NCBI GenBank assembly: GCA_043228905.1
Contig: JBHGNT010000118.1
Location: 1-64,000 of the forward strand
Length of the DNA: 64,000 nucleotides
Direction: 5' to 3'
Source: Azolla caroliniana
Taxonomy: Eukaryota; Plantae; Polypodiophyta
Positions 25,123 through 38,982 of the stretch are shown here, in pieces; position 1 is the stretch's first letter; every line of letters begins with the position of its first letter. The notes beneath the pieces were generated by a model. The model made no database searches. It was not told the origin of the DNA and saw only the letters and a list, made by a program, of their open reading frames with translations. Made by a program: the position numbers and the translations under genes.

Positions 25123-26590
25123 GCGGATGACTTGAAAGCCAAAGAGAGATAAAGAATTCAAAGAGAACGACGCGAGAGCTCTTGCTTATTTCTCCATGTT
25201 AATCTACTCGAGAAGCCATGGAAACGTTGTAAACAAGGTCGAGGTTAGCAAATGGAGCGTGAACAACCCGAGCATGAGCACGGCGGGTGGCCTCGTTAAG
25301 TAGTATGGATGTTCCTACCTACTCGGCGCACGTCAATGTGTCTGCCTCGTTCGTTCTTGCTACGGACTTGGAGCGGGAGAACACCCTCTTGTGGGCAACG
25401 CGAGAGAGAGGGCGACCTGATTATTCTTGAGCATGGCGACATACCACATTGGCTCGCTAGGAAACCGTCTTCCTCACCTTGGCGCGTCGAGGCCTTGTGT
25501 CACCCGTTGGACTCGGGTCGCCGCTTCTATGGTTGCACCGAACTGGGAAAATGATCGACGATAGTTTCACACCAGTTTCCGTTCCCTTTCGGGAACCCTC
25601 AAACGCTATATGGTACGTGCCACAAACCTCGGGAAGCGACCCCCCCTCGAAACTAGGTCATACGGCCTCCAGCCCGATGACGTGCGGACGTGGAAGGTTT
25701 GTCGACTAGCAAACAACCCGAGCCTTGCAGCATTCCGAGAACGTTGTCATTCGTTACAGCGAGGACCTTCCTGTTTCTTCTCCGTTGACGTTGCATTGGA
25801 AAGGAAAGGGGAACAAGAGAACGCATTTCAACCGTTTTGTTTTGATCAGGGGTTGTTGGTGCGCGTCATTTGGCTCACGCTAAATCTCAAAGGCTGCAGC
25901 TAGAGTTTTGACGATGTTAAAAGGTGGTTACGTATCCCACCGATCTATGGCTTTGTTCGGTAAAACCTGCAAGGCGAGACGATGTTGCCAGGATGTTTGG
26001 TCGGGAAGACGAGTCCGCAACCTTGGATGGATTGGTAGATGGAGGGTAAATTGCACCAACATTGTCAACGGTAAGTTCTAACGTGTTGCATTGAACGTCG
26101 TGCCGTAACGGCTCCCGTCGAAAGCAAAAGAAAGACGTGAAAGAGAGCATCAAGTCTGATGCGCGGTTGCGGGGAATGTTGCAGCGTGGTTGGAATTCTC
26201 AATTGCGGTTTCCGTCCAAGGTGCTCATACGTACAACCGTAATGCGTGGTCTTCCTCTGCGTTATTCCAGGTGACACGAGTCTCGAGTAAGCGTCGGTCA
26301 TTCCCAAGAACTTGAACCGCAGATTTGACCAGTAAGCGAGCAGATACCTATTACATCCGACTTTGACGTGATCGCCAAATGTATTCGGAAGCCCCAAGTA
26401 AGGCACCGTCATGGCAGTCACTTCGCAGGCTCATTCCTCTTAACCTTCCACACGTGCGCGGTTAGCAATCCCTAAAGAACTCCTCGAACGAAGCTCGGGC
26501 GGTAACGTCTTGAATAAGGACCCACGCAAGGAGGCGAGGGAAACAAGATCGTAGCGGTGGTTTTGACGTACAGCTAATTCAACCGCGCGG

Positions 26591-26662
26591 TATCAGAGCG
26601 AGGTTTCGATCCTCGGACCTGTGGGTTATGGGCCCACCACGCTTCCGCTGCGCCACTCTGAT
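26591..26662 (-). tRNA. tRNA-iMet: Initiator tRNA-Met (CAT), copy 18
   Basis: Same sequence as copy 1. Confidence 0.97.
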
Positions 26663-28130
26663 GCGGATGACTTGAAAGCCAAAGAGAGATAAAGAATTCA
26701 AAGAGAACGACGCGAGAGCTCTTGCTTATTTCTCCATGTTAATCTACTCGAGAAGCCATGGAAACGTTGTAAACAAGGTCGAGGTTAGCAAATGGAGCGT
26801 GAACAACCCGAGCATGAGCACGGCGGGTGGCCTCGTTAAGTAGTATGGATGTTCCTACCTACTCGGCGCACGTCAATGTGTCTGCCTCGTTCGTTCTTGC
26901 TACGGACTTGGAGCGGGAGAACACCCTCTTGTGGGCAACGCGAGAGAGAGGGCGACCTGATTATTCTTGAGCATGGCGACATACCACATTGGCTCGCTAG
27001 GAAACCGTCTTCCTCACCTTGGCGCGTCGAGGCCTTGTGTCACCCGTTGGACTCGGGTCGCCGCTTCTATGGTTGCACCGAACTGGGAAAATGATCGACG
27101 ATAGTTTCACACCAGTTTCCGTTCCCTTTCGGGAACCCTCAAACGCTATATGGTACGTGCCACAAACCTCGGGAAGCGACCCCCCCTCGAAACTAGGTCA
27201 TACGGCCTCCAGCCCGATGACGTGCGGACGTGGAAGGTTTGTCGACTAGCAAACAACCCGAGCCTTGCAGCATTCCGAGAACGTTGTCATTCGTTACAGC
27301 GAGGACCTTCCTGTTTCTTCTCCGTTGACGTTGCATTGGAAAGGAAAGGGGAACAAGAGAACGCATTTCAACCGTTTTGTTTTGATCAGGGGTTGTTGGT
27401 GCGCGTCATTTGGCTCACGCTAAATCTCAAAGGCTGCAGCTAGAGTTTTGACGATGTTAAAAGGTGGTTACGTATCCCACCGATCTATGGCTTTGTTCGG
27501 TAAAACCTGCAAGGCGAGACGATGTTGCCAGGATGTTTGGTCGGGAAGACGAGTCCGCAACCTTGGATGGATTGGTAGATGGAGGGTAAATTGCACCAAC
27601 ATTGTCAACGGTAAGTTCTAACGTGTTGCATTGAACGTCGTGCCGTAACGGCTCCCGTCGAAAGCAAAAGAAAGACGTGAAAGAGAGCATCAAGTCTGAT
27701 GCGCGGTTGCGGGGAATGTTGCAGCGTGGTTGGAATTCTCAATTGCGGTTTCCGTCCAAGGTGCTCATACGTACAACCGTAATGCGTGGTCTTCCTCTGC
27801 GTTATTCCAGGTGACACGAGTCTCGAGTAAGCGTCGGTCATTCCCAAGAACTTGAACCGCAGATTTGACCAGTAAGCGAGCAGATACCTATTACATCCGA
27901 CTTTGACGTGATCGCCAAATGTATTCGGAAGCCCCAAGTAAGGCACCGTCATGGCAGTCACTTCGCAGGCTCATTCCTCTTAACCTTCCACACGTGCGCG
28001 GTTAGCAATCCCTAAAGAACTCCTCGAACGAAGCTCGGGCGGTAACGTCTTGAATAAGGACCCACGCAAGGAGGCGAGGGAAACAAGATCGTAGCGGTGG
28101 TTTTGACGTACAGCTAATTCAACCGCGCGG

Positions 28131-28202
28131 TATCAGAGCGAGGTTTCGATCCTCGGACCTGTGGGTTATGGGCCCACCACGCTTCCGCTGCGCCACTCTG
28201 AT
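28131..28202 (-). tRNA. tRNA-iMet: Initiator tRNA-Met (CAT), copy 19
   Basis: Same sequence as copy 1. Confidence 0.97.
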
Positions 28203-29670
28203 GCGGATGACTTGAAAGCCAAAGAGAGATAAAGAATTCAAAGAGAACGACGCGAGAGCTCTTGCTTATTTCTCCATGTTAATCTACTCGAGAAGCCATG
28301 GAAACGTTGTAAACAAGGTCGAGGTTAGCAAATGGAGCGTGAACAACCCGAGCATGAGCACGGCGGGTGGCCTCGTTAAGTAGTATGGATGTTCCTACCT
28401 ACTCGGCGCACGTCAATGTGTCTGCCTCGTTCGTTCTTGCTACGGACTTGGAGCGGGAGAACACCCTCTTGTGGGCAACGCGAGAGAGAGGGCGACCTGA
28501 TTATTCTTGAGCATGGCGACATACCACATTGGCTCGCTAGGAAACCGTCTTCCTCACCTTGGCGCGTCGAGGCCTTGTGTCACCCGTTGGACTCGGGTCG
28601 CCGCTTCTATGGTTGCACCGAACTGGGAAAATGATCGACGATAGTTTCACACCAGTTTCCGTTCCCTTTCGGGAACCCTCAAACGCTATATGGTACGTGC
28701 CACAAACCTCGGGAAGCGACCCCCCCTCGAAACTAGGTCATACGGCCTCCAGCCCGATGACGTGCGGACGTGGAAGGTTTGTCGACTAGCAAACAACCCG
28801 AGCCTTGCAGCATTCCGAGAACGTTGTCATTCGTTACAGCGAGGACCTTCCTGTTTCTTCTCCGTTGACGTTGCATTGGAAAGGAAAGGGGAACAAGAGA
28901 ACGCATTTCAACCGTTTTGTTTTGATCAGGGGTTGTTGGTGCGCGTCATTTGGCTCACGCTAAATCTCAAAGGCTGCAGCTAGAGTTTTGACGATGTTAA
29001 AAGGTGGTTACGTATCCCACCGATCTATGGCTTTGTTCGGTAAAACCTGCAAGGCGAGACGATGTTGCCAGGATGTTTGGTCGGGAAGACGAGTCCGCAA
29101 CCTTGGATGGATTGGTAGATGGAGGGTAAATTGCACCAACATTGTCAACGGTAAGTTCTAACGTGTTGCATTGAACGTCGTGCCGTAACGGCTCCCGTCG
29201 AAAGCAAAAGAAAGACGTGAAAGAGAGCATCAAGTCTGATGCGCGGTTGCGGGGAATGTTGCAGCGTGGTTGGAATTCTCAATTGCGGTTTCCGTCCAAG
29301 GTGCTCATACGTACAACCGTAATGCGTGGTCTTCCTCTGCGTTATTCCAGGTGACACGAGTCTCGAGTAAGCGTCGGTCATTCCCAAGAACTTGAACCGC
29401 AGATTTGACCAGTAAGCGAGCAGATACCTATTACATCCGACTTTGACGTGATCGCCAAATGTATTCGGAAGCCCCAAGTAAGGCACCGTCATGGCAGTCA
29501 CTTCGCAGGCTCATTCCTCTTAACCTTCCACACGTGCGCGGTTAGCAATCCCTAAAGAACTCCTCGAACGAAGCTCGGGCGGTAACGTCTTGAATAAGGA
29601 CCCACGCAAGGAGGCGAGGGAAACAAGATCGTAGCGGTGGTTTTGACGTACAGCTAATTCAACCGCGCGG

Positions 29671-29742
29671 TATCAGAGCGAGGTTTCGATCCTCGGACCT
29701 GTGGGTTATGGGCCCACCACGCTTCCGCTGCGCCACTCTGAT
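29671..29742 (-). tRNA. tRNA-iMet: Initiator tRNA-Met (CAT), copy 20
   Basis: Same sequence as copy 1. Confidence 0.97.
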
Positions 29743-31210
29743 GCGGATGACTTGAAAGCCAAAGAGAGATAAAGAATTCAAAGAGAACGACGCGAGAGCT
29801 CTTGCTTATTTCTCCATGTTAATCTACTCGAGAAGCCATGGAAACGTTGTAAACAAGGTCGAGGTTAGCAAATGGAGCGTGAACAACCCGAGCATGAGCA
29901 CGGCGGGTGGCCTCGTTAAGTAGTATGGATGTTCCTACCTACTCGGCGCACGTCAATGTGTCTGCCTCGTTCGTTCTTGCTACGGACTTGGAGCGGGAGA
30001 ACACCCTCTTGTGGGCAACGCGAGAGAGAGGGCGACCTGATTATTCTTGAGCATGGCGACATACCACATTGGCTCGCTAGGAAACCGTCTTCCTCACCTT
30101 GGCGCGTCGAGGCCTTGTGTCACCCGTTGGACTCGGGTCGCCGCTTCTATGGTTGCACCGAACTGGGAAAATGATCGACGATAGTTTCACACCAGTTTCC
30201 GTTCCCTTTCGGGAACCCTCAAACGCTATATGGTACGTGCCACAAACCTCGGGAAGCGACCCCCCCTCGAAACTAGGTCATACGGCCTCCAGCCCGATGA
30301 CGTGCGGACGTGGAAGGTTTGTCGACTAGCAAACAACCCGAGCCTTGCAGCATTCCGAGAACGTTGTCATTCGTTACAGCGAGGACCTTCCTGTTTCTTC
30401 TCCGTTGACGTTGCATTGGAAAGGAAAGGGGAACAAGAGAACGCATTTCAACCGTTTTGTTTTGATCAGGGGTTGTTGGTGCGCGTCATTTGGCTCACGC
30501 TAAATCTCAAAGGCTGCAGCTAGAGTTTTGACGATGTTAAAAGGTGGTTACGTATCCCACCGATCTATGGCTTTGTTCGGTAAAACCTGCAAGGCGAGAC
30601 GATGTTGCCAGGATGTTTGGTCGGGAAGACGAGTCCGCAACCTTGGATGGATTGGTAGATGGAGGGTAAATTGCACCAACATTGTCAACGGTAAGTTCTA
30701 ACGTGTTGCATTGAACGTCGTGCCGTAACGGCTCCCGTCGAAAGCAAAAGAAAGACGTGAAAGAGAGCATCAAGTCTGATGCGCGGTTGCGGGGAATGTT
30801 GCAGCGTGGTTGGAATTCTCAATTGCGGTTTCCGTCCAAGGTGCTCATACGTACAACCGTAATGCGTGGTCTTCCTCTGCGTTATTCCAGGTGACACGAG
30901 TCTCGAGTAAGCGTCGGTCATTCCCAAGAACTTGAACCGCAGATTTGACCAGTAAGCGAGCAGATACCTATTACATCCGACTTTGACGTGATCGCCAAAT
31001 GTATTCGGAAGCCCCAAGTAAGGCACCGTCATGGCAGTCACTTCGCAGGCTCATTCCTCTTAACCTTCCACACGTGCGCGGTTAGCAATCCCTAAAGAAC
31101 TCCTCGAACGAAGCTCGGGCGGTAACGTCTTGAATAAGGACCCACGCAAGGAGGCGAGGGAAACAAGATCGTAGCGGTGGTTTTGACGTACAGCTAATTC
31201 AACCGCGCGG

Positions 31211-31282
31211 TATCAGAGCGAGGTTTCGATCCTCGGACCTGTGGGTTATGGGCCCACCACGCTTCCGCTGCGCCACTCTGAT
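31211..31282 (-). tRNA. tRNA-iMet: Initiator tRNA-Met (CAT), copy 21
   Basis: Same sequence as copy 1. Confidence 0.97.
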
Positions 31283-32750
31283 GCGGATGACTTGAAAGCC
31301 AAAGAGAGATAAAGAATTCAAAGAGAACGACGCGAGAGCTCTTGCTTATTTCTCCATGTTAATCTACTCGAGAAGCCATGGAAACGTTGTAAACAAGGTC
31401 GAGGTTAGCAAATGGAGCGTGAACAACCCGAGCATGAGCACGGCGGGTGGCCTCGTTAAGTAGTATGGATGTTCCTACCTACTCGGCGCACGTCAATGTG
31501 TCTGCCTCGTTCGTTCTTGCTACGGACTTGGAGCGGGAGAACACCCTCTTGTGGGCAACGCGAGAGAGAGGGCGACCTGATTATTCTTGAGCATGGCGAC
31601 ATACCACATTGGCTCGCTAGGAAACCGTCTTCCTCACCTTGGCGCGTCGAGGCCTTGTGTCACCCGTTGGACTCGGGTCGCCGCTTCTATGGTTGCACCG
31701 AACTGGGAAAATGATCGACGATAGTTTCACACCAGTTTCCGTTCCCTTTCGGGAACCCTCAAACGCTATATGGTACGTGCCACAAACCTCGGGAAGCGAC
31801 CCCCCCTCGAAACTAGGTCATACGGCCTCCAGCCCGATGACGTGCGGACGTGGAAGGTTTGTCGACTAGCAAACAACCCGAGCCTTGCAGCATTCCGAGA
31901 ACGTTGTCATTCGTTACAGCGAGGACCTTCCTGTTTCTTCTCCGTTGACGTTGCATTGGAAAGGAAAGGGGAACAAGAGAACGCATTTCAACCGTTTTGT
32001 TTTGATCAGGGGTTGTTGGTGCGCGTCATTTGGCTCACGCTAAATCTCAAAGGCTGCAGCTAGAGTTTTGACGATGTTAAAAGGTGGTTACGTATCCCAC
32101 CGATCTATGGCTTTGTTCGGTAAAACCTGCAAGGCGAGACGATGTTGCCAGGATGTTTGGTCGGGAAGACGAGTCCGCAACCTTGGATGGATTGGTAGAT
32201 GGAGGGTAAATTGCACCAACATTGTCAACGGTAAGTTCTAACGTGTTGCATTGAACGTCGTGCCGTAACGGCTCCCGTCGAAAGCAAAAGAAAGACGTGA
32301 AAGAGAGCATCAAGTCTGATGCGCGGTTGCGGGGAATGTTGCAGCGTGGTTGGAATTCTCAATTGCGGTTTCCGTCCAAGGTGCTCATACGTACAACCGT
32401 AATGCGTGGTCTTCCTCTGCGTTATTCCAGGTGACACGAGTCTCGAGTAAGCGTCGGTCATTCCCAAGAACTTGAACCGCAGATTTGACCAGTAAGCGAG
32501 CAGATACCTATTACATCCGACTTTGACGTGATCGCCAAATGTATTCGGAAGCCCCAAGTAAGGCACCGTCATGGCAGTCACTTCGCAGGCTCATTCCTCT
32601 TAACCTTCCACACGTGCGCGGTTAGCAATCCCTAAAGAACTCCTCGAACGAAGCTCGGGCGGTAACGTCTTGAATAAGGACCCACGCAAGGAGGCGAGGG
32701 AAACAAGATCGTAGCGGTGGTTTTGACGTACAGCTAATTCAACCGCGCGG

Positions 32751-32822
32751 TATCAGAGCGAGGTTTCGATCCTCGGACCTGTGGGTTATGGGCCCACCAC
32801 GCTTCCGCTGCGCCACTCTGAT
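32751..32822 (-). tRNA. tRNA-iMet: Initiator tRNA-Met (CAT), copy 22
   Basis: Same sequence as copy 1. Confidence 0.97.
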
Positions 32823-34290
32823 GCGGATGACTTGAAAGCCAAAGAGAGATAAAGAATTCAAAGAGAACGACGCGAGAGCTCTTGCTTATTTCTCCATGTT
32901 AATCTACTCGAGAAGCCATGGAAACGTTGTAAACAAGGTCGAGGTTAGCAAATGGAGCGTGAACAACCCGAGCATGAGCACGGCGGGTGGCCTCGTTAAG
33001 TAGTATGGATGTTCCTACCTACTCGGCGCACGTCAATGTGTCTGCCTCGTTCGTTCTTGCTACGGACTTGGAGCGGGAGAACACCCTCTTGTGGGCAACG
33101 CGAGAGAGAGGGCGACCTGATTATTCTTGAGCATGGCGACATACCACATTGGCTCGCTAGGAAACCGTCTTCCTCACCTTGGCGCGTCGAGGCCTTGTGT
33201 CACCCGTTGGACTCGGGTCGCCGCTTCTATGGTTGCACCGAACTGGGAAAATGATCGACGATAGTTTCACACCAGTTTCCGTTCCCTTTCGGGAACCCTC
33301 AAACGCTATATGGTACGTGCCACAAACCTCGGGAAGCGACCCCCCCTCGAAACTAGGTCATACGGCCTCCAGCCCGATGACGTGCGGACGTGGAAGGTTT
33401 GTCGACTAGCAAACAACCCGAGCCTTGCAGCATTCCGAGAACGTTGTCATTCGTTACAGCGAGGACCTTCCTGTTTCTTCTCCGTTGACGTTGCATTGGA
33501 AAGGAAAGGGGAACAAGAGAACGCATTTCAACCGTTTTGTTTTGATCAGGGGTTGTTGGTGCGCGTCATTTGGCTCACGCTAAATCTCAAAGGCTGCAGC
33601 TAGAGTTTTGACGATGTTAAAAGGTGGTTACGTATCCCACCGATCTATGGCTTTGTTCGGTAAAACCTGCAAGGCGAGACGATGTTGCCAGGATGTTTGG
33701 TCGGGAAGACGAGTCCGCAACCTTGGATGGATTGGTAGATGGAGGGTAAATTGCACCAACATTGTCAACGGTAAGTTCTAACGTGTTGCATTGAACGTCG
33801 TGCCGTAACGGCTCCCGTCGAAAGCAAAAGAAAGACGTGAAAGAGAGCATCAAGTCTGATGCGCGGTTGCGGGGAATGTTGCAGCGTGGTTGGAATTCTC
33901 AATTGCGGTTTCCGTCCAAGGTGCTCATACGTACAACCGTAATGCGTGGTCTTCCTCTGCGTTATTCCAGGTGACACGAGTCTCGAGTAAGCGTCGGTCA
34001 TTCCCAAGAACTTGAACCGCAGATTTGACCAGTAAGCGAGCAGATACCTATTACATCCGACTTTGACGTGATCGCCAAATGTATTCGGAAGCCCCAAGTA
34101 AGGCACCGTCATGGCAGTCACTTCGCAGGCTCATTCCTCTTAACCTTCCACACGTGCGCGGTTAGCAATCCCTAAAGAACTCCTCGAACGAAGCTCGGGC
34201 GGTAACGTCTTGAATAAGGACCCACGCAAGGAGGCGAGGGAAACAAGATCGTAGCGGTGGTTTTGACGTACAGCTAATTCAACCGCGCGG

Positions 34291-34362
34291 TATCAGAGCG
34301 AGGTTTCGATCCTCGGACCTGTGGGTTATGGGCCCACCACGCTTCCGCTGCGCCACTCTGAT
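34291..34362 (-). tRNA. tRNA-iMet: Initiator tRNA-Met (CAT), copy 23
   Basis: Same sequence as copy 1. Confidence 0.97.
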
Positions 34363-35830
34363 GCGGATGACTTGAAAGCCAAAGAGAGATAAAGAATTCA
34401 AAGAGAACGACGCGAGAGCTCTTGCTTATTTCTCCATGTTAATCTACTCGAGAAGCCATGGAAACGTTGTAAACAAGGTCGAGGTTAGCAAATGGAGCGT
34501 GAACAACCCGAGCATGAGCACGGCGGGTGGCCTCGTTAAGTAGTATGGATGTTCCTACCTACTCGGCGCACGTCAATGTGTCTGCCTCGTTCGTTCTTGC
34601 TACGGACTTGGAGCGGGAGAACACCCTCTTGTGGGCAACGCGAGAGAGAGGGCGACCTGATTATTCTTGAGCATGGCGACATACCACATTGGCTCGCTAG
34701 GAAACCGTCTTCCTCACCTTGGCGCGTCGAGGCCTTGTGTCACCCGTTGGACTCGGGTCGCCGCTTCTATGGTTGCACCGAACTGGGAAAATGATCGACG
34801 ATAGTTTCACACCAGTTTCCGTTCCCTTTCGGGAACCCTCAAACGCTATATGGTACGTGCCACAAACCTCGGGAAGCGACCCCCCCTCGAAACTAGGTCA
34901 TACGGCCTCCAGCCCGATGACGTGCGGACGTGGAAGGTTTGTCGACTAGCAAACAACCCGAGCCTTGCAGCATTCCGAGAACGTTGTCATTCGTTACAGC
35001 GAGGACCTTCCTGTTTCTTCTCCGTTGACGTTGCATTGGAAAGGAAAGGGGAACAAGAGAACGCATTTCAACCGTTTTGTTTTGATCAGGGGTTGTTGGT
35101 GCGCGTCATTTGGCTCACGCTAAATCTCAAAGGCTGCAGCTAGAGTTTTGACGATGTTAAAAGGTGGTTACGTATCCCACCGATCTATGGCTTTGTTCGG
35201 TAAAACCTGCAAGGCGAGACGATGTTGCCAGGATGTTTGGTCGGGAAGACGAGTCCGCAACCTTGGATGGATTGGTAGATGGAGGGTAAATTGCACCAAC
35301 ATTGTCAACGGTAAGTTCTAACGTGTTGCATTGAACGTCGTGCCGTAACGGCTCCCGTCGAAAGCAAAAGAAAGACGTGAAAGAGAGCATCAAGTCTGAT
35401 GCGCGGTTGCGGGGAATGTTGCAGCGTGGTTGGAATTCTCAATTGCGGTTTCCGTCCAAGGTGCTCATACGTACAACCGTAATGCGTGGTCTTCCTCTGC
35501 GTTATTCCAGGTGACACGAGTCTCGAGTAAGCGTCGGTCATTCCCAAGAACTTGAACCGCAGATTTGACCAGTAAGCGAGCAGATACCTATTACATCCGA
35601 CTTTGACGTGATCGCCAAATGTATTCGGAAGCCCCAAGTAAGGCACCGTCATGGCAGTCACTTCGCAGGCTCATTCCTCTTAACCTTCCACACGTGCGCG
35701 GTTAGCAATCCCTAAAGAACTCCTCGAACGAAGCTCGGGCGGTAACGTCTTGAATAAGGACCCACGCAAGGAGGCGAGGGAAACAAGATCGTAGCGGTGG
35801 TTTTGACGTACAGCTAATTCAACCGCGCGG

Positions 35831-35902
35831 TATCAGAGCGAGGTTTCGATCCTCGGACCTGTGGGTTATGGGCCCACCACGCTTCCGCTGCGCCACTCTG
35901 AT
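35831..35902 (-). tRNA. tRNA-iMet: Initiator tRNA-Met (CAT), copy 24
   Basis: Same sequence as copy 1. Confidence 0.97.
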
Positions 35903-37370
35903 GCGGATGACTTGAAAGCCAAAGAGAGATAAAGAATTCAAAGAGAACGACGCGAGAGCTCTTGCTTATTTCTCCATGTTAATCTACTCGAGAAGCCATG
36001 GAAACGTTGTAAACAAGGTCGAGGTTAGCAAATGGAGCGTGAACAACCCGAGCATGAGCACGGCGGGTGGCCTCGTTAAGTAGTATGGATGTTCCTACCT
36101 ACTCGGCGCACGTCAATGTGTCTGCCTCGTTCGTTCTTGCTACGGACTTGGAGCGGGAGAACACCCTCTTGTGGGCAACGCGAGAGAGAGGGCGACCTGA
36201 TTATTCTTGAGCATGGCGACATACCACATTGGCTCGCTAGGAAACCGTCTTCCTCACCTTGGCGCGTCGAGGCCTTGTGTCACCCGTTGGACTCGGGTCG
36301 CCGCTTCTATGGTTGCACCGAACTGGGAAAATGATCGACGATAGTTTCACACCAGTTTCCGTTCCCTTTCGGGAACCCTCAAACGCTATATGGTACGTGC
36401 CACAAACCTCGGGAAGCGACCCCCCCTCGAAACTAGGTCATACGGCCTCCAGCCCGATGACGTGCGGACGTGGAAGGTTTGTCGACTAGCAAACAACCCG
36501 AGCCTTGCAGCATTCCGAGAACGTTGTCATTCGTTACAGCGAGGACCTTCCTGTTTCTTCTCCGTTGACGTTGCATTGGAAAGGAAAGGGGAACAAGAGA
36601 ACGCATTTCAACCGTTTTGTTTTGATCAGGGGTTGTTGGTGCGCGTCATTTGGCTCACGCTAAATCTCAAAGGCTGCAGCTAGAGTTTTGACGATGTTAA
36701 AAGGTGGTTACGTATCCCACCGATCTATGGCTTTGTTCGGTAAAACCTGCAAGGCGAGACGATGTTGCCAGGATGTTTGGTCGGGAAGACGAGTCCGCAA
36801 CCTTGGATGGATTGGTAGATGGAGGGTAAATTGCACCAACATTGTCAACGGTAAGTTCTAACGTGTTGCATTGAACGTCGTGCCGTAACGGCTCCCGTCG
36901 AAAGCAAAAGAAAGACGTGAAAGAGAGCATCAAGTCTGATGCGCGGTTGCGGGGAATGTTGCAGCGTGGTTGGAATTCTCAATTGCGGTTTCCGTCCAAG
37001 GTGCTCATACGTACAACCGTAATGCGTGGTCTTCCTCTGCGTTATTCCAGGTGACACGAGTCTCGAGTAAGCGTCGGTCATTCCCAAGAACTTGAACCGC
37101 AGATTTGACCAGTAAGCGAGCAGATACCTATTACATCCGACTTTGACGTGATCGCCAAATGTATTCGGAAGCCCCAAGTAAGGCACCGTCATGGCAGTCA
37201 CTTCGCAGGCTCATTCCTCTTAACCTTCCACACGTGCGCGGTTAGCAATCCCTAAAGAACTCCTCGAACGAAGCTCGGGCGGTAACGTCTTGAATAAGGA
37301 CCCACGCAAGGAGGCGAGGGAAACAAGATCGTAGCGGTGGTTTTGACGTACAGCTAATTCAACCGCGCGG

Positions 37371-37442
37371 TATCAGAGCGAGGTTTCGATCCTCGGACCT
37401 GTGGGTTATGGGCCCACCACGCTTCCGCTGCGCCACTCTGAT
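37371..37442 (-). tRNA. tRNA-iMet: Initiator tRNA-Met (CAT), copy 25
   Basis: Same sequence as copy 1. Confidence 0.97.
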
Positions 37443-38910
37443 GCGGATGACTTGAAAGCCAAAGAGAGATAAAGAATTCAAAGAGAACGACGCGAGAGCT
37501 CTTGCTTATTTCTCCATGTTAATCTACTCGAGAAGCCATGGAAACGTTGTAAACAAGGTCGAGGTTAGCAAATGGAGCGTGAACAACCCGAGCATGAGCA
37601 CGGCGGGTGGCCTCGTTAAGTAGTATGGATGTTCCTACCTACTCGGCGCACGTCAATGTGTCTGCCTCGTTCGTTCTTGCTACGGACTTGGAGCGGGAGA
37701 ACACCCTCTTGTGGGCAACGCGAGAGAGAGGGCGACCTGATTATTCTTGAGCATGGCGACATACCACATTGGCTCGCTAGGAAACCGTCTTCCTCACCTT
37801 GGCGCGTCGAGGCCTTGTGTCACCCGTTGGACTCGGGTCGCCGCTTCTATGGTTGCACCGAACTGGGAAAATGATCGACGATAGTTTCACACCAGTTTCC
37901 GTTCCCTTTCGGGAACCCTCAAACGCTATATGGTACGTGCCACAAACCTCGGGAAGCGACCCCCCCTCGAAACTAGGTCATACGGCCTCCAGCCCGATGA
38001 CGTGCGGACGTGGAAGGTTTGTCGACTAGCAAACAACCCGAGCCTTGCAGCATTCCGAGAACGTTGTCATTCGTTACAGCGAGGACCTTCCTGTTTCTTC
38101 TCCGTTGACGTTGCATTGGAAAGGAAAGGGGAACAAGAGAACGCATTTCAACCGTTTTGTTTTGATCAGGGGTTGTTGGTGCGCGTCATTTGGCTCACGC
38201 TAAATCTCAAAGGCTGCAGCTAGAGTTTTGACGATGTTAAAAGGTGGTTACGTATCCCACCGATCTATGGCTTTGTTCGGTAAAACCTGCAAGGCGAGAC
38301 GATGTTGCCAGGATGTTTGGTCGGGAAGACGAGTCCGCAACCTTGGATGGATTGGTAGATGGAGGGTAAATTGCACCAACATTGTCAACGGTAAGTTCTA
38401 ACGTGTTGCATTGAACGTCGTGCCGTAACGGCTCCCGTCGAAAGCAAAAGAAAGACGTGAAAGAGAGCATCAAGTCTGATGCGCGGTTGCGGGGAATGTT
38501 GCAGCGTGGTTGGAATTCTCAATTGCGGTTTCCGTCCAAGGTGCTCATACGTACAACCGTAATGCGTGGTCTTCCTCTGCGTTATTCCAGGTGACACGAG
38601 TCTCGAGTAAGCGTCGGTCATTCCCAAGAACTTGAACCGCAGATTTGACCAGTAAGCGAGCAGATACCTATTACATCCGACTTTGACGTGATCGCCAAAT
38701 GTATTCGGAAGCCCCAAGTAAGGCACCGTCATGGCAGTCACTTCGCAGGCTCATTCCTCTTAACCTTCCACACGTGCGCGGTTAGCAATCCCTAAAGAAC
38801 TCCTCGAACGAAGCTCGGGCGGTAACGTCTTGAATAAGGACCCACGCAAGGAGGCGAGGGAAACAAGATCGTAGCGGTGGTTTTGACGTACAGCTAATTC
38901 AACCGCGCGG

Positions 38911-38982
38911 TATCAGAGCGAGGTTTCGATCCTCGGACCTGTGGGTTATGGGCCCACCACGCTTCCGCTGCGCCACTCTGAT
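38911..38982 (-). tRNA. tRNA-iMet: Initiator tRNA-Met (CAT), copy 26
   Basis: Same sequence as copy 1. Confidence 0.97.
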